Below are positions 39,877 through 53,604 of a DNA stretch of 64,000 bases, in pieces. The stretch is from Tubulanus polymorphus. Lineage: Eukaryota > Animalia > Nemertea. The stretch spans positions 13,824,050 through 13,888,049 of the forward strand of contig NC_134026.1 in assembly GCF_964204645.1 (NCBI RefSeq), read 5' to 3'. Made by a program: the position numbers and the translations under genes. Positions within the stretch are counted from its first letter, which is position 1; every line of letters begins with the position of its first letter. Under the pieces are notes generated by a model. It worked only from the letters and a program-made list of their open reading frames with translations. It ran no database searches and was not told the origin of the DNA.

Positions 39877-41171
39877 TAGCTAGACGGTAGTCAGTAACCT
39901 GACTGTGGTTCAGTTTCACGATCGGATATTTTCATAAACCAGAGTCAGGAATGGGAAGGTCATTTTTCAATGAAATCTTCGTGAGTCAATTTGATTCACG
40001 AGTAATTTGCCTGTCATTTTATTGTCTCTTAAGATATCCGTCTAATTTTTGTTGTAATCAACGCACAACAGATTCGTAGTTTGTTTGATACCTAAAACTC
40101 CTCACCTGACGATCTTAATCCATGTGCACATCGGCCGTAAAGTGAGAGTAAATTTCCGTCGATTCGATGGCGGCCATTTTGAAAACGTGTGGAGGGTGCT
40201 GGCACCTGTGGACTGAGGCCAGGACCACAACACAAACTAACGAAACGACGAAATTGAAAAAAATTAAGAAATCAACACTTATTAGGGTTTTCTGTTATTT
40301 CACAGAAAACCCTATTGATATCCGCGTGATTATTAGGGTTTTCTGTTACATCACAGAAAACCCTATTGAGATTCGCGTGTTTCTTATTATTAGGGTTTTC
40401 TGTTATTTCACAGAAAACCCTATTGATATCCGCGTGATTATTAGGGTTTTCTGTTATTTCACAGAAAACCCTATTGATATCCGCGTGATTATTATTATTA
40501 TTATTTTCTTCCACACTATTTTTACCAAAAGAACATAGGCTTTGTTACCTTACCGCTGTTTCATATACAATCCATATAATATCGTTCAGCTTACTGAGAT
40601 CTACAAATAGCCCGCGTGTTTTTTCACGAATCATCGTTATAAAAGCGCTGTCGGGCCGTAAACATCAAAAATTTAGCCCCATTCAATGGGGCGACATGTT
40701 TTTCGAGTCGTCATCCCGAAATCAACCCGCAGGCCGACTGTCACTTCGATTATCAATTCAAGTATAAATGAACTAATTTATTGCCGCAGACTTCACATTC
40801 AGTCGCGGTCTTCAAACAGTGATTTTAACAATAGCCCATTTTCCTCATCAGATCATATTACCGATACACTGGAAATTTACTACTTTAGATTTTAAAAGCA
40901 CTGTCGAGCCGTAAACATCGACGAATCGACGTGTGTTACTACATCGTCGATCCGGGGATCAGCTGCGAGTTTCTCCTCATCATGAGAATCAAATCGAGTA
41001 CAAATTAATTTATTACTACCAGTGATTTGGCTGCGGGTTTCAAGGAGTTTAACAATACCTATTTTTTTTCCGAATTAACCGTGTATTTACTAAGATAAAT
41101 CTTTAGTGTACCGGGGAATCGTAGGCCTAAACTAAACACGCCGAAGAGATATAGCGGAGACAAGCTGTTAT

Positions 41172-41608
41172 TGTAACCGTCGATCTGTGAAGGTAAATCC
41201 GATTCTCCGCCATCTGTAACCGGCTGGTTGTTGTGTCGGTAGGCTGGCTGGGGAACTAGCAATTACACCAGCGGTACAGGATTCCATCCATCAGGAACAA
41301 CAAGGCAGTTAAACCTTATACGTACAATCTTTATTGCATCCCGGAATGAGAATGATTATCATAGCTTTACATAGTCTTTATATACAGAATCATGAGTATA
41401 ATGCGAGAACTAGGGGTCAGACAAGTTGTAGACATCAGGACTCACAAACAAACACCTAGTGACATGTTTGAGAGACATTAATTAATTATCGATGAGCACT
41501 GACTATAGCTAATTATCGTGAAAACATGTTGAGTAATGTCACACGTTGATTACGACCTTAAAGCACATATTGACACTATAGTCATAAGTTATATTATTAT
41601 TATTATTT

Positions 41609-41642
<34 letters not shown>

Positions 41643-41740
41643 CATTAATATGTAGTAGAGCTATGAAATATTATGAACTGTTCGATATGACATTGTAGAT
41701 CTATATGATTATGAAATATGCAAATTATATCAGGGTGACA
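41172..41740 (-). mobile_element. Solo LTR, 4-bp TSD TTAT
   Basis: TGTAACC...GGTGACA, with TTAT on both sides. The empty site CTGTTATGTCGAC is visible at about 49531. Minus-strand TATA and AATAAA. Confidence 0.92.
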
Positions 41741-44084
41741 TTATGTCGACGAGGTATCAAAATAAAAGAATATATTACTTTATTCGGCCGCGGGCTTCAA
41801 ACTCTATATCAATACCATCAATACTCTATATTTCCTACAGTACATACCGATCATTGTCAAATCCACAAGGTATTTACTAAAAACAAGTATATAACACACT
41901 CATTTCCGTATGCTGGACTCACACTTGACATATATATGCAAATGAGAGCGACTTTGTGACAAAACGAAAAAACTAAAATAACGCGACAAAACAATAATTT
42001 TGGTTTTGTCGCCCGCGATAATTCATTATTTTGGTTTTATCGCCCGCGACAATTCATTATTTTGGTTTCGTCGCCCGAGACAATTCTTCTTTTTGGTTTT
42101 GTCGCCCGAGACAATTCATTATTATTTTTTAATATTTTGTTTTTGTCGTCCGCAACAATTTTTTTTTGGTTTTGTTGCCCGCGACAATTCAATATTTTGG
42201 TTTTGTCGCCCGCGATAATTCATTATTTTGGTTTTGTCGCCCGAGACAATTCATTATTTTGGTTTTATCGCCCGCGACAATTCACCATTTTGGTTTTGTT
42301 GCCTGGACAATTCACCATTTTGGTTTTGTCGCCCGAGACAAGTCATTATTTTGGTTTTATCGCCCGCGACAATTCAATATTTTGGTTTTGTCACCCGAGA
42401 CAATTCATCATTTTGGTTTTATCGCCCGCGACAATTCATTATTATGGTTTTGTCGCCTGCGACAATTCACCATTTTGGTTTTGTCGCCTGGACAATTCAC
42501 CATTTTGGTTTTGTCGCCCGCGACAATTCATTATTTTGGTTTTGTCGCTCCCACAATTCTTTTTTAGGTTTTGTTGCCCGCGACAATTCATTATTTTGGT
42601 TTTGTCGCCCGCGACAATTCAATATTTTGGTTTTGTCGCCCGCGAAAAATTCAATATTTTGGTTTTATCGCCCGCGAAAATTCACTACTTTGGTTTTTTG
42701 CCAGCGACAATTCATTATTTTGGTTTTGTCGGCCGCGACAATTCTTCTTTTTGGTTTTGTCGCCCGCGACAATTCTTCTTTTTGGTTTTGTCGCCCGCGA
42801 CAATTCTTCTTTTTGGTTTTGTCGCCCGCGACAATTCATTATTTTGGTTTTGTCGCCCGCGACAATTCACCATTTTGGTTTTGTCGCCCGCGACAATTCA
42901 CCATTTTGGTTTTGTCGCCCGCGACAATTCATTATTTTGGTTTTATCGCCCGCGACAATTCATTATTTTGGTTTTATTGCCCGCGACAATTCATTATTTT
43001 GGTTTTGTCGCCCAACAATTCTTTTTTTGGTTTTGTCGCCCGCAACAATTCATTAGTCTGGTTTTGTCGCCAGCAACAATTCAATACTTTGGTTTTGTCG
43101 CCCGCGGCAATTCAATATTTTGGTTTTGTCGCCTGCGACAATTCATTACTTTGGTTTTATCTCCAGCGACAATTCATTATTTTGCTTTTGTCGCCCGCGA
43201 CAATTCTTCTTTTTGGTTTTGTCGCCCGCGACGATTCATTATTTTGGTTTTATATTTTGTTTTAGTCGCCCGTGACAATTTTTTTTGGTTTTGTCGCCTG
43301 CGAAAATTCAATATTTTGGCTTTGTCGCCTGCGAAAATTCATTACTTTGGTTTTATCTCCAGCGACAATTCATTATTTTGCTTTTGTCGCCTGCGACAAT
43401 TCTTCTTTTTGGTTTTGTCGCCCGCGACAATTCATTATTTTGGTTTTATATTTTGTTTTAGTCGCCTGCGACAATTTTTTTTTTTTGGTTTTGTCGCCCG
43501 CGACAATTCAATATTTTGGTTTTATTGCCCGCGACAATTCAATATTTTGGTTTTATTGCCCGCGATAATTCATCATTTTGGTTTTATCGCCCGCGACAAT
43601 TCATTATTTTGGTTGTCGCCCGCGACAATTCACCATTTTGGTTCTGTCGCCTGGACAATTCACCATTTTGGTTTTGTCACCCGCGACAATTCATTATTTT
43701 GGTTTTGTTGCCCCACAATTCTTTTTTTGGTTTTGACGCCCGCGTCAATTCATTAGTTTGGTTTTGTCGCCCGCGACAATTCAATATTTTGGTTTTATCG
43801 CCCACGACAATTCATTACTTTGGTTTTATCTCCAGCGACAATTCATTATTTTGGTTTTGTCGTCCGCGACAATTCTTCTTTTGGTTTTGACGCCCGCGAC
43901 AATTCATTATTTTGGTTTTATTGCCCGCGACAATTCAATATTTTGGTTTTATCGCCCGCGATAATTCATTATTTTGGTTTAATTGCCCGCGACAATTAAT
44001 TATTTTGGTTTTATCACACGAGACAATTAATTATTTTGGTTTTATCGCCCGCGACAATTCATTATTTTGGTTTTGTCGCCCGAA

Positions 44085-45207
44085 GAAAATTTTGAAGACG
44101 CTTTGATCAATTACCTTGATCTTTCGTTTATATTTGAATCTACCAAAGGCCCATCAGCATGGCCGTCCTATGACCTTTTTAGTGCCCAAAAATGTCAATT
44201 TTGGCCAGAATTCTAGGTCCTGTAGCTTCCTTCTGGTTTGCCATTTCTCATTGCAATTGCTGATGGATATTCTTTAGAGAGGGATGTTTTATACCTGGGA
44301 CAGGTATTTTTGATCAGCCTATTATGACGCAATTGGCGGCCATCTTGGTGTCATCAGTACTCATTCGTAGGTGGGAAAAAGTTTTTCCACGATTAATTGA
44401 TACCTAAGCATATTGTGTTACTATATTCAATTGGAAAGTTGTAGCCCATAACGTGTTCTATGATTTTGGTGAGTTTCAAGGTCATTGGTTTTTGTATGTG
44501 GCCATCAGGGGCGTTGAATAATACAATAACTTAGTATCGCTATATTATATTTGTACGAAGGCATATTTTGTTACCATGATCAATGGCAAAGTTGTAGTTC
44601 ATGACATCGTCTATGATTGTGGTGAGTTGTGAAGGACATTAGTTATTCTATATAGTCACCAGGGGGCGTTGAATAGTAGAAAAGCTTAGTTTTTCCTTAT
44701 TAGATTGGTACCTAGGCATAGTTTGTTACCATGATCCATTGCAAAGTTGTAGTTCATGACATCGGCTATGATTGTGGTGAGTTTTTGAGGACATTAGTTA
44801 TTCCATGTAGTCACCAGGGGCGCTGAATAGTAGAATGGCTTAGTATTTCCTTATTAGATTGGTACCTAGGCATATTTTGTTACTATGATCAATTGCAAAG
44901 TTGTATTTCATGACATGTACTACGATTGTGGTGAGTTTTAAGGTCATTGGGTTTTGCATATGGTCACCAGGGGGCGTTGAATAGTAGAATAACTTAGTAC
45001 TTCCATATTAAATTGGTAACGAGGCATATTTTGTTATCACAATCAATTACAAAATCATAGCTGCTCACATGTTCTATGATTGTGGTGGGTTTCAAGGTCA
45101 TTGGTTTTTGTATATGGTCACTAGAGGGCGTTATGTATTGAAATTGTTAGATTGTTGAGCATTTGAAACTACTTCCCAAGTGAGCATGGTGTCCCTGGAC
45201 CCCTAGT
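44085..45207 (+). mobile_element. HINE family A 3' part inside the satellite
   Basis: About five 158-bp units. Ends CCCAAGTGAGCATGGTGTCCCTGGACCCCTAG|TT. Confidence 0.9.
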
Positions 45208-47047
45208 TTGGTTTTGTCGCCCGCGACAATTCATTATTTTGGTTTTGTCGCACGCAACAATTCAATATCTTGTTTTTGCCGTCCGCGACAATTCATTATT
45301 TTGGTTTTGTCACCCGAGACAATTCATCATTTTGGTTTTATCGCCCGCGACAATTCATTATTATGGTTTTGTCGCCTGCGACAATTCACCATTTTGGTTT
45401 TGTCGCCTGGACAATTCACCATTTTGGTTTTGTCGCCCGCGACAATTCATTATTTTGGTTTTGTCGCTCCCACAATTCTTTTTTAGGTTTTGTTGCCCGC
45501 GACAATTCATTATTTTGGTTTTGTCGCCCGCGACAATTCAATATTTTGGTTTTGTCGCCCGCGAAAAATTCAATATTTTGGTTTTATCGCCCGCGAAAAT
45601 TCACTACTTTGGTTTTTTGCCAGCGACAATTCATTATTTTGGTTTTGTCGGCCGCGACAATTCTTCTTTTTGGTTTTGTCGCCCGCGACAATTCTTCTTT
45701 TTGGTTTTGTCGCCCGCGACAATTCTTCTTTTTGGTTTTGTCGCCCGCGACAATTCATTATTTTGGTTTTGTCGCCCGCGACAATTCACCATTTTGGTTT
45801 TGTCGCCCGCGACAATTCACCATTTTGGTTTTGTCGCCCGCGACAATTCATTATTTTGGTTTTATTGCCCGCGACAATTCATTATTTTGGTTTTGTCGCC
45901 CAACAATTCTTTTTTTGGTTTTGTCGCCCGCAACAATTCATTAGTCTGGTTTTGTCGCCAGCAACAATTCAATACTTTGGTTTTGTCGCCCGCGGCAATT
46001 CAATATTTTGGTTTTGTCGCCTGCGACAATTCATTACTTTGGTTTTATCTCCAGCGACAATTCATTATTTTGCTTTTGTCGCCCGCGACAATTCTTCTTT
46101 TTGGTTTTGTCGCCCGCGACGATTCATTATTTTGGTTTTATATTTTGTTTTAGTCGCCCGTGACAATTTTTTTTGGTTTTGTCGCCTGCGAAAATTCAAT
46201 ATTTTGGCTTTGTCGCCTGCGAAAATTCATTACTTTGGTTTTATCTCCAGCGACAATTCATTATTTTGCTTTTGTCGCCTGCGACAATTCTTCTTTTTGG
46301 TTTTGTCGCCCGCGACAATTCATTATTTTGGTTTTATATTTTGTTTTAGTCGCCTGCGACAATTTTTTTTTTTTGGTTTTGTCGCCCGCGACAATTCAAT
46401 ATTTTGGTTTTATTGCCCGCGACAATTCAATATTTTGGTTTTATTGCCCGCGATAATTCATCATTTTGGTTTTATCGCCCGCGACAATTCATTATTTTGG
46501 TTGTCGCCCGCGACAATTCACCATTTTGGTTCTGTCGCCTGGACAATTCACCATTTTGGTTTTGTCACCCGCGACAATTCATTATTTTGGTTTTGTTGCC
46601 CCACAATTCTTTTTTTGGTTTTGACGCCCGCGTCAATTCATTAGTTTGGTTTTGTCGCCCGCGACAATTCAATATTTTGGTTTTATCGCCCACGACAATT
46701 CATTACTTTGGTTTTATCTCCAGCGACAATTCATTATTTTGGTTTTGTCGTCCGCGACAATTCTTCTTTTGGTTTTGACGCCCGCGACAATTCATTATTT
46801 TGGTTTTATATTTTGTTTTTGTCGCCCACAACAATTTTTTTTTTTGGTTTTGTCGCCCGCGTCAATTCATTATTTTGGTTTTATTGCCCGCGACAATTCA
46901 ATATTTTGGTTTTATCGCCCGCGATAATTCATTATTTTGGTTTAATTGCCCGCGACAATTAATTATTTTGGTTTTATCACACGAGACAATTAATTATTTT
47001 GGTTTTATCGCCCGCGACAATTCATTATTTTGGTTTTGTCGCCCGAA

Positions 47048-48170
47048 GAAAATTTTGAAGACGCTTTGATCAATTACCTTGATCTTTCGTTTATATTTGA
47101 ATCTACCAAAGGCCCATCAGCATGGCCGTCCTATGACCTTTTTAGTGCCCAAAAATGTCAATTTTGGCCAGAATTCTAGGTCCTGTAGCTTCCTTCTGGT
47201 TTGCCATTTCTCATTGCAATTGCTGATGGATATTCTTTAGAGAGGGATGTTTTATACCTGGGACAGGTATTTTTGATCAGCCTATTATGACGCAATTGGC
47301 GGCCATCTTGGTGTCATCAGTACTCATTCGTAGGTGGGAAAAAGTTTTTCCACGATTAATTGATACCTAAGCATATTGTGTTACTATATTCAATTGGAAA
47401 GTTGTAGCCCATAACGTGTTCTATGATTTTGGTGAGTTTCAAGGTCATTGGTTTTTGTATGTGGCCATCAGGGGCGTTGAATAATACAATAACTTAGTAT
47501 CGCTATATTATATTTGTACGAAGGCATATTTTGTTACCATGATCAATGGCAAAGTTGTAGTTCATGACATCGTCTATGATTGTGGTGAGTTGTGAAGGAC
47601 ATTAGTTATTCTATATAGTCACCAGGGGGCGTTGAATAGTAGAAAAGCTTAGTTTTTCCTTATTAGATTGGTACCTAGGCATAGTTTGTTACCATGATCC
47701 ATTGCAAAGTTGTAGTTCATGACATCGGCTATGATTGTGGTGAGTTTTTGAGGACATTAGTTATTCCATGTAGTCACCAGGGGCGCTGAATAGTAGAATG
47801 GCTTAGTATTTCCTTATTAGATTGGTACCTAGGCATATTTTGTTACTATGATCAATTGCAAAGTTGTATTTCATGACATGTACTACGATTGTGGTGAGTT
47901 TTAAGGTCATTGGGTTTTGCATATGGTCACCAGGGGGCGTTGAATAGTAGAATAACTTAGTACTTCCATATTAAATTGGTAACGAGGCATATTTTGTTAT
48001 CACAATCAATTACAAAATCATAGCTGCTCACATGTTCTATGATTGTGGTGGGTTTCAAGGTCATTGGTTTTTGTATATGGTCACTAGAGGGCGTTATGTA
48101 TTGAAATTGTTAGATTGTTGAGCATTTGAAACTACTTCCCAAGTGAGCATGGTGTCCCTGGACCCCTAGT
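47048..48170 (+). mobile_element. Duplicate of the HINE family A fragment at 44085-45207
   Basis: Appears identical by eye, including both junctions. Confidence 0.92.
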
Positions 48171-48856
48171 TTGGTTTTGTCGCCCGCGACAATTCATTAT
48201 TTTGGTTTTGTCGCACGCAACAATTCAATATCTTGTTTTTGCCGTCCGCGACAATTCATTATTTTGGTTTTATCGCCCGCGACGATTTAATATTTTGGTT
48301 TTAACGCCCGCGACAAATCATTACTGTGGTTTTATCGCCCGCGACAATTCATTATTTTGGTTTTATCGCCCGCGACAATTAATTATTTTTGTTTTGTCAC
48401 CCGTGACAATTCAATATTTTGGGTTTTGTCACCCGCCACAATTCATAATTTTGGTTTTGTCGCCCGTGGTTTTGTCGGAACATTAAGTTTTTTGGTCGAA
48501 CAGTGTGTTAAGGTCGTTTTGGAAATTTACTCGGTCCGTTATATTTTGGATTACTGTGTATGTCATTTGTCAGGACATTAAACAGAAGACGACTTAGGAT
48601 ACTACCTTGCGTGACTCCACTAGTTAGACCGTCTCATTCCAAGATGAGGCGTTCCGTTGATTTCGGTTACAAGTTTCCGTTCAGAGATATCTGCTGAGCC
48701 ATTTGGGCGACCTATCATTGATACTGTTTCCTAATAGCCTGTTTAGTAATGGCTGATGTTGAGCCTTATCAAATGCTTTGTTGAAATCCACCGTTGAACA
48801 GGATTCTAAGACTGTGCAGAAAACCCGTTATCGCTGCTTTGCAGCTATATTTATTA

Positions 48857-51800
48857 TTATTATTTTCTTCCACACTATTTTTACTAAAAGAACAAAAGCT
48901 TTGTTACCTTGCCGCTGTTGTCGATACAATCCGTCTGATATCATTCAGCTCACTTCGATCTACAAATACCCCGTGCGTATTTTGAAGAATCATCGTTACA
49001 AAAGCACTGTCGGGCCGTAAACATCGAAAATTGAGCCCCATTCAAAGAGCCGACATGTTTTTCTAAGTCCTCTTTCCGAAATCTACCGCACGTTTCTTGT
49101 CACATCAATTATCAATTCAAGCATAAATTAACAAATTTATTACCCAAAGATTGCACATTCTGTCGCAGTTTTTAAAAGCTAATTTTAACAATAGCCCATT
49201 TTCCTCATCAAATCGTATTACCGATATACAGGAAATTTACTACTTTAGATTTTAAAAGCACTGTCGAGCCGTAAACATCGACGAATCGACGTGTGTCACT
49301 ACATCGTTGTTCCGGGGATCAGCTGCGAGTTTCACCTCATCATGAGAATCAAATCGAGTACAAATTAATTTATTACTACCAGTGATTTGGCTGCGGGCGT
49401 CAAGCAGTTAGTTTAGCAATACCTATTTTTCTTTATCAAATTAACCGTGTATTTACTGAGATAAATCATAAGTGTACCGGGGAGTCGTATGCCTAAACGA
49501 AACACGCCGAAGAGATATAGCAGAGAAAAGCTGTTATGTCGACGAGGTATCAAAATAAAAGAATATATTACTTTATTCGGCCGCGGGCTTCAACTTCTAT
49601 ATCAATACTCTATATTTCCTACAGTACATACCGATCATTGTCAAATGCACAAGGTATTTACTAAATACAAGTATATAACACAATCCTTTCCGTATGCTGG
49701 ACTCACACTTGACATTCGGAGTAAGCGTTCGCTGTGGGGGAAAGGGATCGTTCGCTGTGTCGCTTGAAGTGTTTATCGAGTTTTACGCGACCTTAAGGCT
49801 TTAGGCCTACCGGTACTGAGCTTTACTGTCTCTAACAAACACAGTATAATTGTTGCGTTTATTAACGGACTTATTGGATTGAACTTCAAAACAAAATTTA
49901 CGATATTTAGGTGGGTTGTTATTCAATAGGCCTACGACCAATCTGTCCGGATATATACATAGGCCTACATAGGCTAGTAGCCTCTACTAGGTTAAGCGTT
50001 CGTTGTGGGGGAAAGGAGATTGTTCGCTGTGTCGCTTGAAGTGTTTATCGAGTTTTACGCGACCTTAAGGCTTTAGTATGGTGGCTGATAAGGGCCATGT
50101 GTAAAAAAAAACACGTATTTGCAAATGAGGGCGACATTATGACAAAACGACAAAACTAAAATAAAGCGACAAAACAATAATTTTGGTTTTGTCGCCCGCG
50201 ACAATTCGTTATTTTGGTTTTATCGCCCGCGACAATTCATTAATTTGGTTTTGTCGCCCGCGACAAATCAATATTTTGGTTTTGTCGCCCACGACAATTC
50301 AATATTTTGGCTTTATCACCCCGCGACAATTCATTATTTTGGTTTTATCGCCCGCGACAATTCATTATTTTGGTTTTGTCACACGCGACGATTCATTATT
50401 TTGGTTTTATCGCCCGCGACAATTTTTTTATTTGTCGCGGTTTTATCGCCTGCGACAATTCAATATTTTGGTTTTATCGCCCGCGACAATTCATTATTTT
50501 GGTTTTATCGCCCGCGACAATTCATTAGTTTGGTTTTGTCACACGCGACGATTCATTATTTTGGTTTTATCGCCCGCGACAATTTTTTTATTCGTCGCGG
50601 TTTTATCGCCTGCGACAATTCATTATTTTGGTTTTATCGCCCGTGACAATTCATTAGTTTGGTTTTGTCGCCCGCGACAATTCAATATTTTGGTTTTGTC
50701 ACCCGCGACAATTCAAGATTTTGGTTTTATCGCCCGCGACAATTCATTTTTTTGGTTTTGTCGCCCGCGACAATTCAATATTTTGGTTTTATCGCCAGCG
50801 ACAATTGATTATTTTGGTTTTATCACCCGCGACAATTGATTATTTTGGTTTTATCGCCCGCGACAATTAATTTTTTTTGGTTTTGTCGCCCACTTTTTAG
50901 CTTTTGAATAATTAGGCCAATTAATAACGTAATAAAGACTTATGCTTTCGCCTATTTTGAAGTCGATTAATCTGATATAGTGTCGAATATTAAGGTCATT
51001 TGGCAGATTCTTTTTTTCTTAAAGTGATATTAAAGCGATCATTCAAGTGATCCTACTTAATGAAAGATCACATATTATTTCTTTGTCTAAAGATGTACGG
51101 AAGCTTATATGTCAAAAGCGATAAAGGGCCTCGAGTTGTCGCGTTCCAACTCGACAAGTCGCTATATTTATGTCGACATATCGCGATATATCGCGTCAAG
51201 TTGACATGAATATGTCGACATATTGTGACGTTTTCATGACAAATTTCGCTTTTTCGCCCATTTTCCACGGGACAAGCCGTCATTTGAAGACACGTCGAAA
51301 TGTAAGATGAGGACGCCAGTTATATGGCGACTGAGTTTCAAGTCGTCATGAATATGTCGAATTGTTGCGAGGAAAATGGTTGAGAAAACGAAATATGTCG
51401 TCAAAACGTCACAATATGTCGACATATTCATGTTGACTTGAAACAATATATCGCGATATGTCGACATAAATATGGCGACTTTGTCAAGTTGGAACGCGAC
51501 AACTCAAGACCCTTTATCGCTTCCGTACTTCCGTATATATGGGACCCGTACAAAACCGTCGCGACCTTTTATCATGACGAAATTATGTCGAACAAACGTG
51601 ATATATCGCGATTTATCGACATAATTTAGTCGATATATCGTGTTAATATCACAATAAATCGTTATACGGATCACACCTTTCATCAATGTCGACGTCTGTA
51701 TCTCAACATAACCGCATACCGTCGAAATAATTATCACTCCTTTAGCTAAAATGTCGTGATCAAATGGCAATTTATTCAGACAATATCGCAAAAAGTCAAC

Positions 51801-52415
51801 ATAAAAATCACGACATTTTAAATAAGGTCTTCCTAGTTACATCGATATATTGAGATAGTTAACCTAATTTCAATAAAGGGACGCAAACTTAATGATGTTT
51901 AATGTTAGATGAATATGAAAGAAGAAATGAAGTTGGCAGAAAAATCAAAATGACTTTATCATCACCAGAATCTGGTGGACATATTGAATGTTGGGGTTCA
52001 AGTAGAATGACCCCAAATGCTGGGGCACAATAATAGTGTTCGGTAAATGGTCGATGAACTAAATAGGTCATTCGCATCAATACTTTGTCACAATTGATTT
52101 GCGGTATATTTTGGATTACTGTGTATGTCATTTGTCAGGACATTAAACAGTAGACGACTTAGGATACTACCTAGCGTGACTCCACTAGTTAGACCGACTT
52201 ATTCCAAGATGAGGCGTTCCGTTGATTTTGGCTATAAGTTTTCGTTCAGAGATAACTGCTGAGCCATTTGGGTGACCTATCATTGATACTGTTTCCTAAT
52301 AGCCTGTTTAGTTAGTAATGGCTGATGTTGTGCCTTATCAAATGCTTTGTCGGAATCCACCGATGAACAGGATTCTAAGACAGCAGAAAACCCGTTATAG
52401 CTGCTTTGCTATATT
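48857..52415 (+). mobile_element. HINE family B copy 2, head-to-tail with copy 1
   Basis: 48857-49715 matches 40490-41930 without the LTR. It has a 31-bp array at 50180-50892. 52088-52415 matches 48540-48856. Confidence 0.85.
51095..51530. mobile_element. Foldback MITE with ~140-bp imperfect inverted repeats
   Basis: GCGATAAAGGG..GAGTTGTCGCGTTCCAAC...ATATGTCGACATATTGTGACGTTTT is mirrored at 51403-51528. Confidence 0.8.
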
Positions 52416-53604
52416 TTACATTTTTCTTCAACCAGAATTTATTCTTCATCATTTATAATGGAAAACATGAAGATTTGATATACAAGTTGGAAAACTATCA
52501 AAAATAAAAATTGTCGTTTCGTCTTGAAAGTTTTATATAAATCCCTGTAGGTCACCTAGTCTATCATGCCACATGTATGCAATACAGAGAAATGGCGGGC
52601 AATAGCGAAATTGGTGGAGAAATCAATTAATTTCTCAAAATAATGTTGATTAATCGCTTGAAACATACATAAAATTGGATTATTTCAAAAGGTACCTGTG
52701 TTAGTTTGTGATTTAAGCCATTAATTCTGGACTGAAGTGAATAGAAAGTATATTTTTGAAGTGTTACTTTTTTCAACTGTGTTTTGGCCCTTGTCATCCC
52801 TAACGTTGGTATAAGCCCATCCGATTATAAAAAGCTTACCACCAACGATTAGGTAACTAACTAGCTAGACGGTGGCACCACGATCTATTTCACGGTTACA
52901 GCAAGTCTCAGGCTACACATAGTTTCGTCAATAAGCAGCCCCGATAAGCAATCATTTTCAGGCTTCATGCTTCTCTTAGCCCTTGTTCTAGCCACGGTAA
53001 TTACAATCCTACGTATAATCACATCATGGCAGAGCCGACGGAAATACCGAATTAGGTAAGGTTTGTGATTTAGTCCAGTTTTTAGATAAAAACGGATTTT
53101 CGAATAAATCAATTATATTCAATGAATAGTTTATTCAACAAGACCCGAAGTGTGTCTAGTGAACACATTTAACTCTTCTGTTTGCCGAATGTAAAACAAA
53201 ATCCTAGATATTGCAGTATTGAGAAAATTTCTAGAATTATTATTAGAAGTAATGTTTTAGAATTTTTCGGCTGATTTTTTCAGCCTAGCCTGATGCCGGT
53301 AATCTGGTAATTGAAATTCAGTTATTACATTTCTACTGCTGTCTTGCTTCTACTGCAATTCACATAAAACTACAGCATGTATGTAATGACCTGGGCTTTA
53401 GTCTTTCCTTTCTTTTAAATAAAGTGGTTGTCCTAGGTTCCTAAAAATACCTGGTTTAGGCTAGGCCGTGTCGAAAGCAAAATCCCTAGCCACCAATCTG
53501 TAACAAAATTCATTACTAGTGTTGAACTCCCAAAATTATGTTTGGTGTAGGCCTGCATGCCAGGGTAGAATAGTATCCAAACAGTAAAAAATTATTTTTT
53601 TCAG

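Larger units (their letters stand above)
41998..48470. repeat. 31-bp satellite arrays (41998-44082, 45208-47045, 48171-48470)
   Basis: Consensus TTTTGGTTTTGTCGCCCGCGACAATTCATTA, with internal palindrome TTGTCGC-CC-GCGACAA. Confidence 0.97.
40279..48856 (+). mobile_element. HINE family B copy 1, inflated by a solo LTR, a 31-bp satellite and a duplication
   Basis: 5' hairpin AGGGTTTTCTG...CAGAAAACCCT (4 copies) plus (ATT)n. 3' end CAGAAAACCC plus stem-loop GCTGC-TTT-GCAGC near 48818-48850. Confidence 0.8.

Noticed and set aside
40167-40538. Repetitive ORFs (IRVFCYFTENPID)
   Set aside because: Translations of the reiterated HINE head.
42000-47069. Long ORFs up to 564 aa
   Set aside because: They are translations of the stop-poor 31-bp repeat in all three frames.
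41998-50892. CRISPR-like look of 31-bp palindromic repeats
   Set aside because: Monomers are contiguous, with no unique spacers and no cas genes, in a eukaryotic context. This is a satellite.
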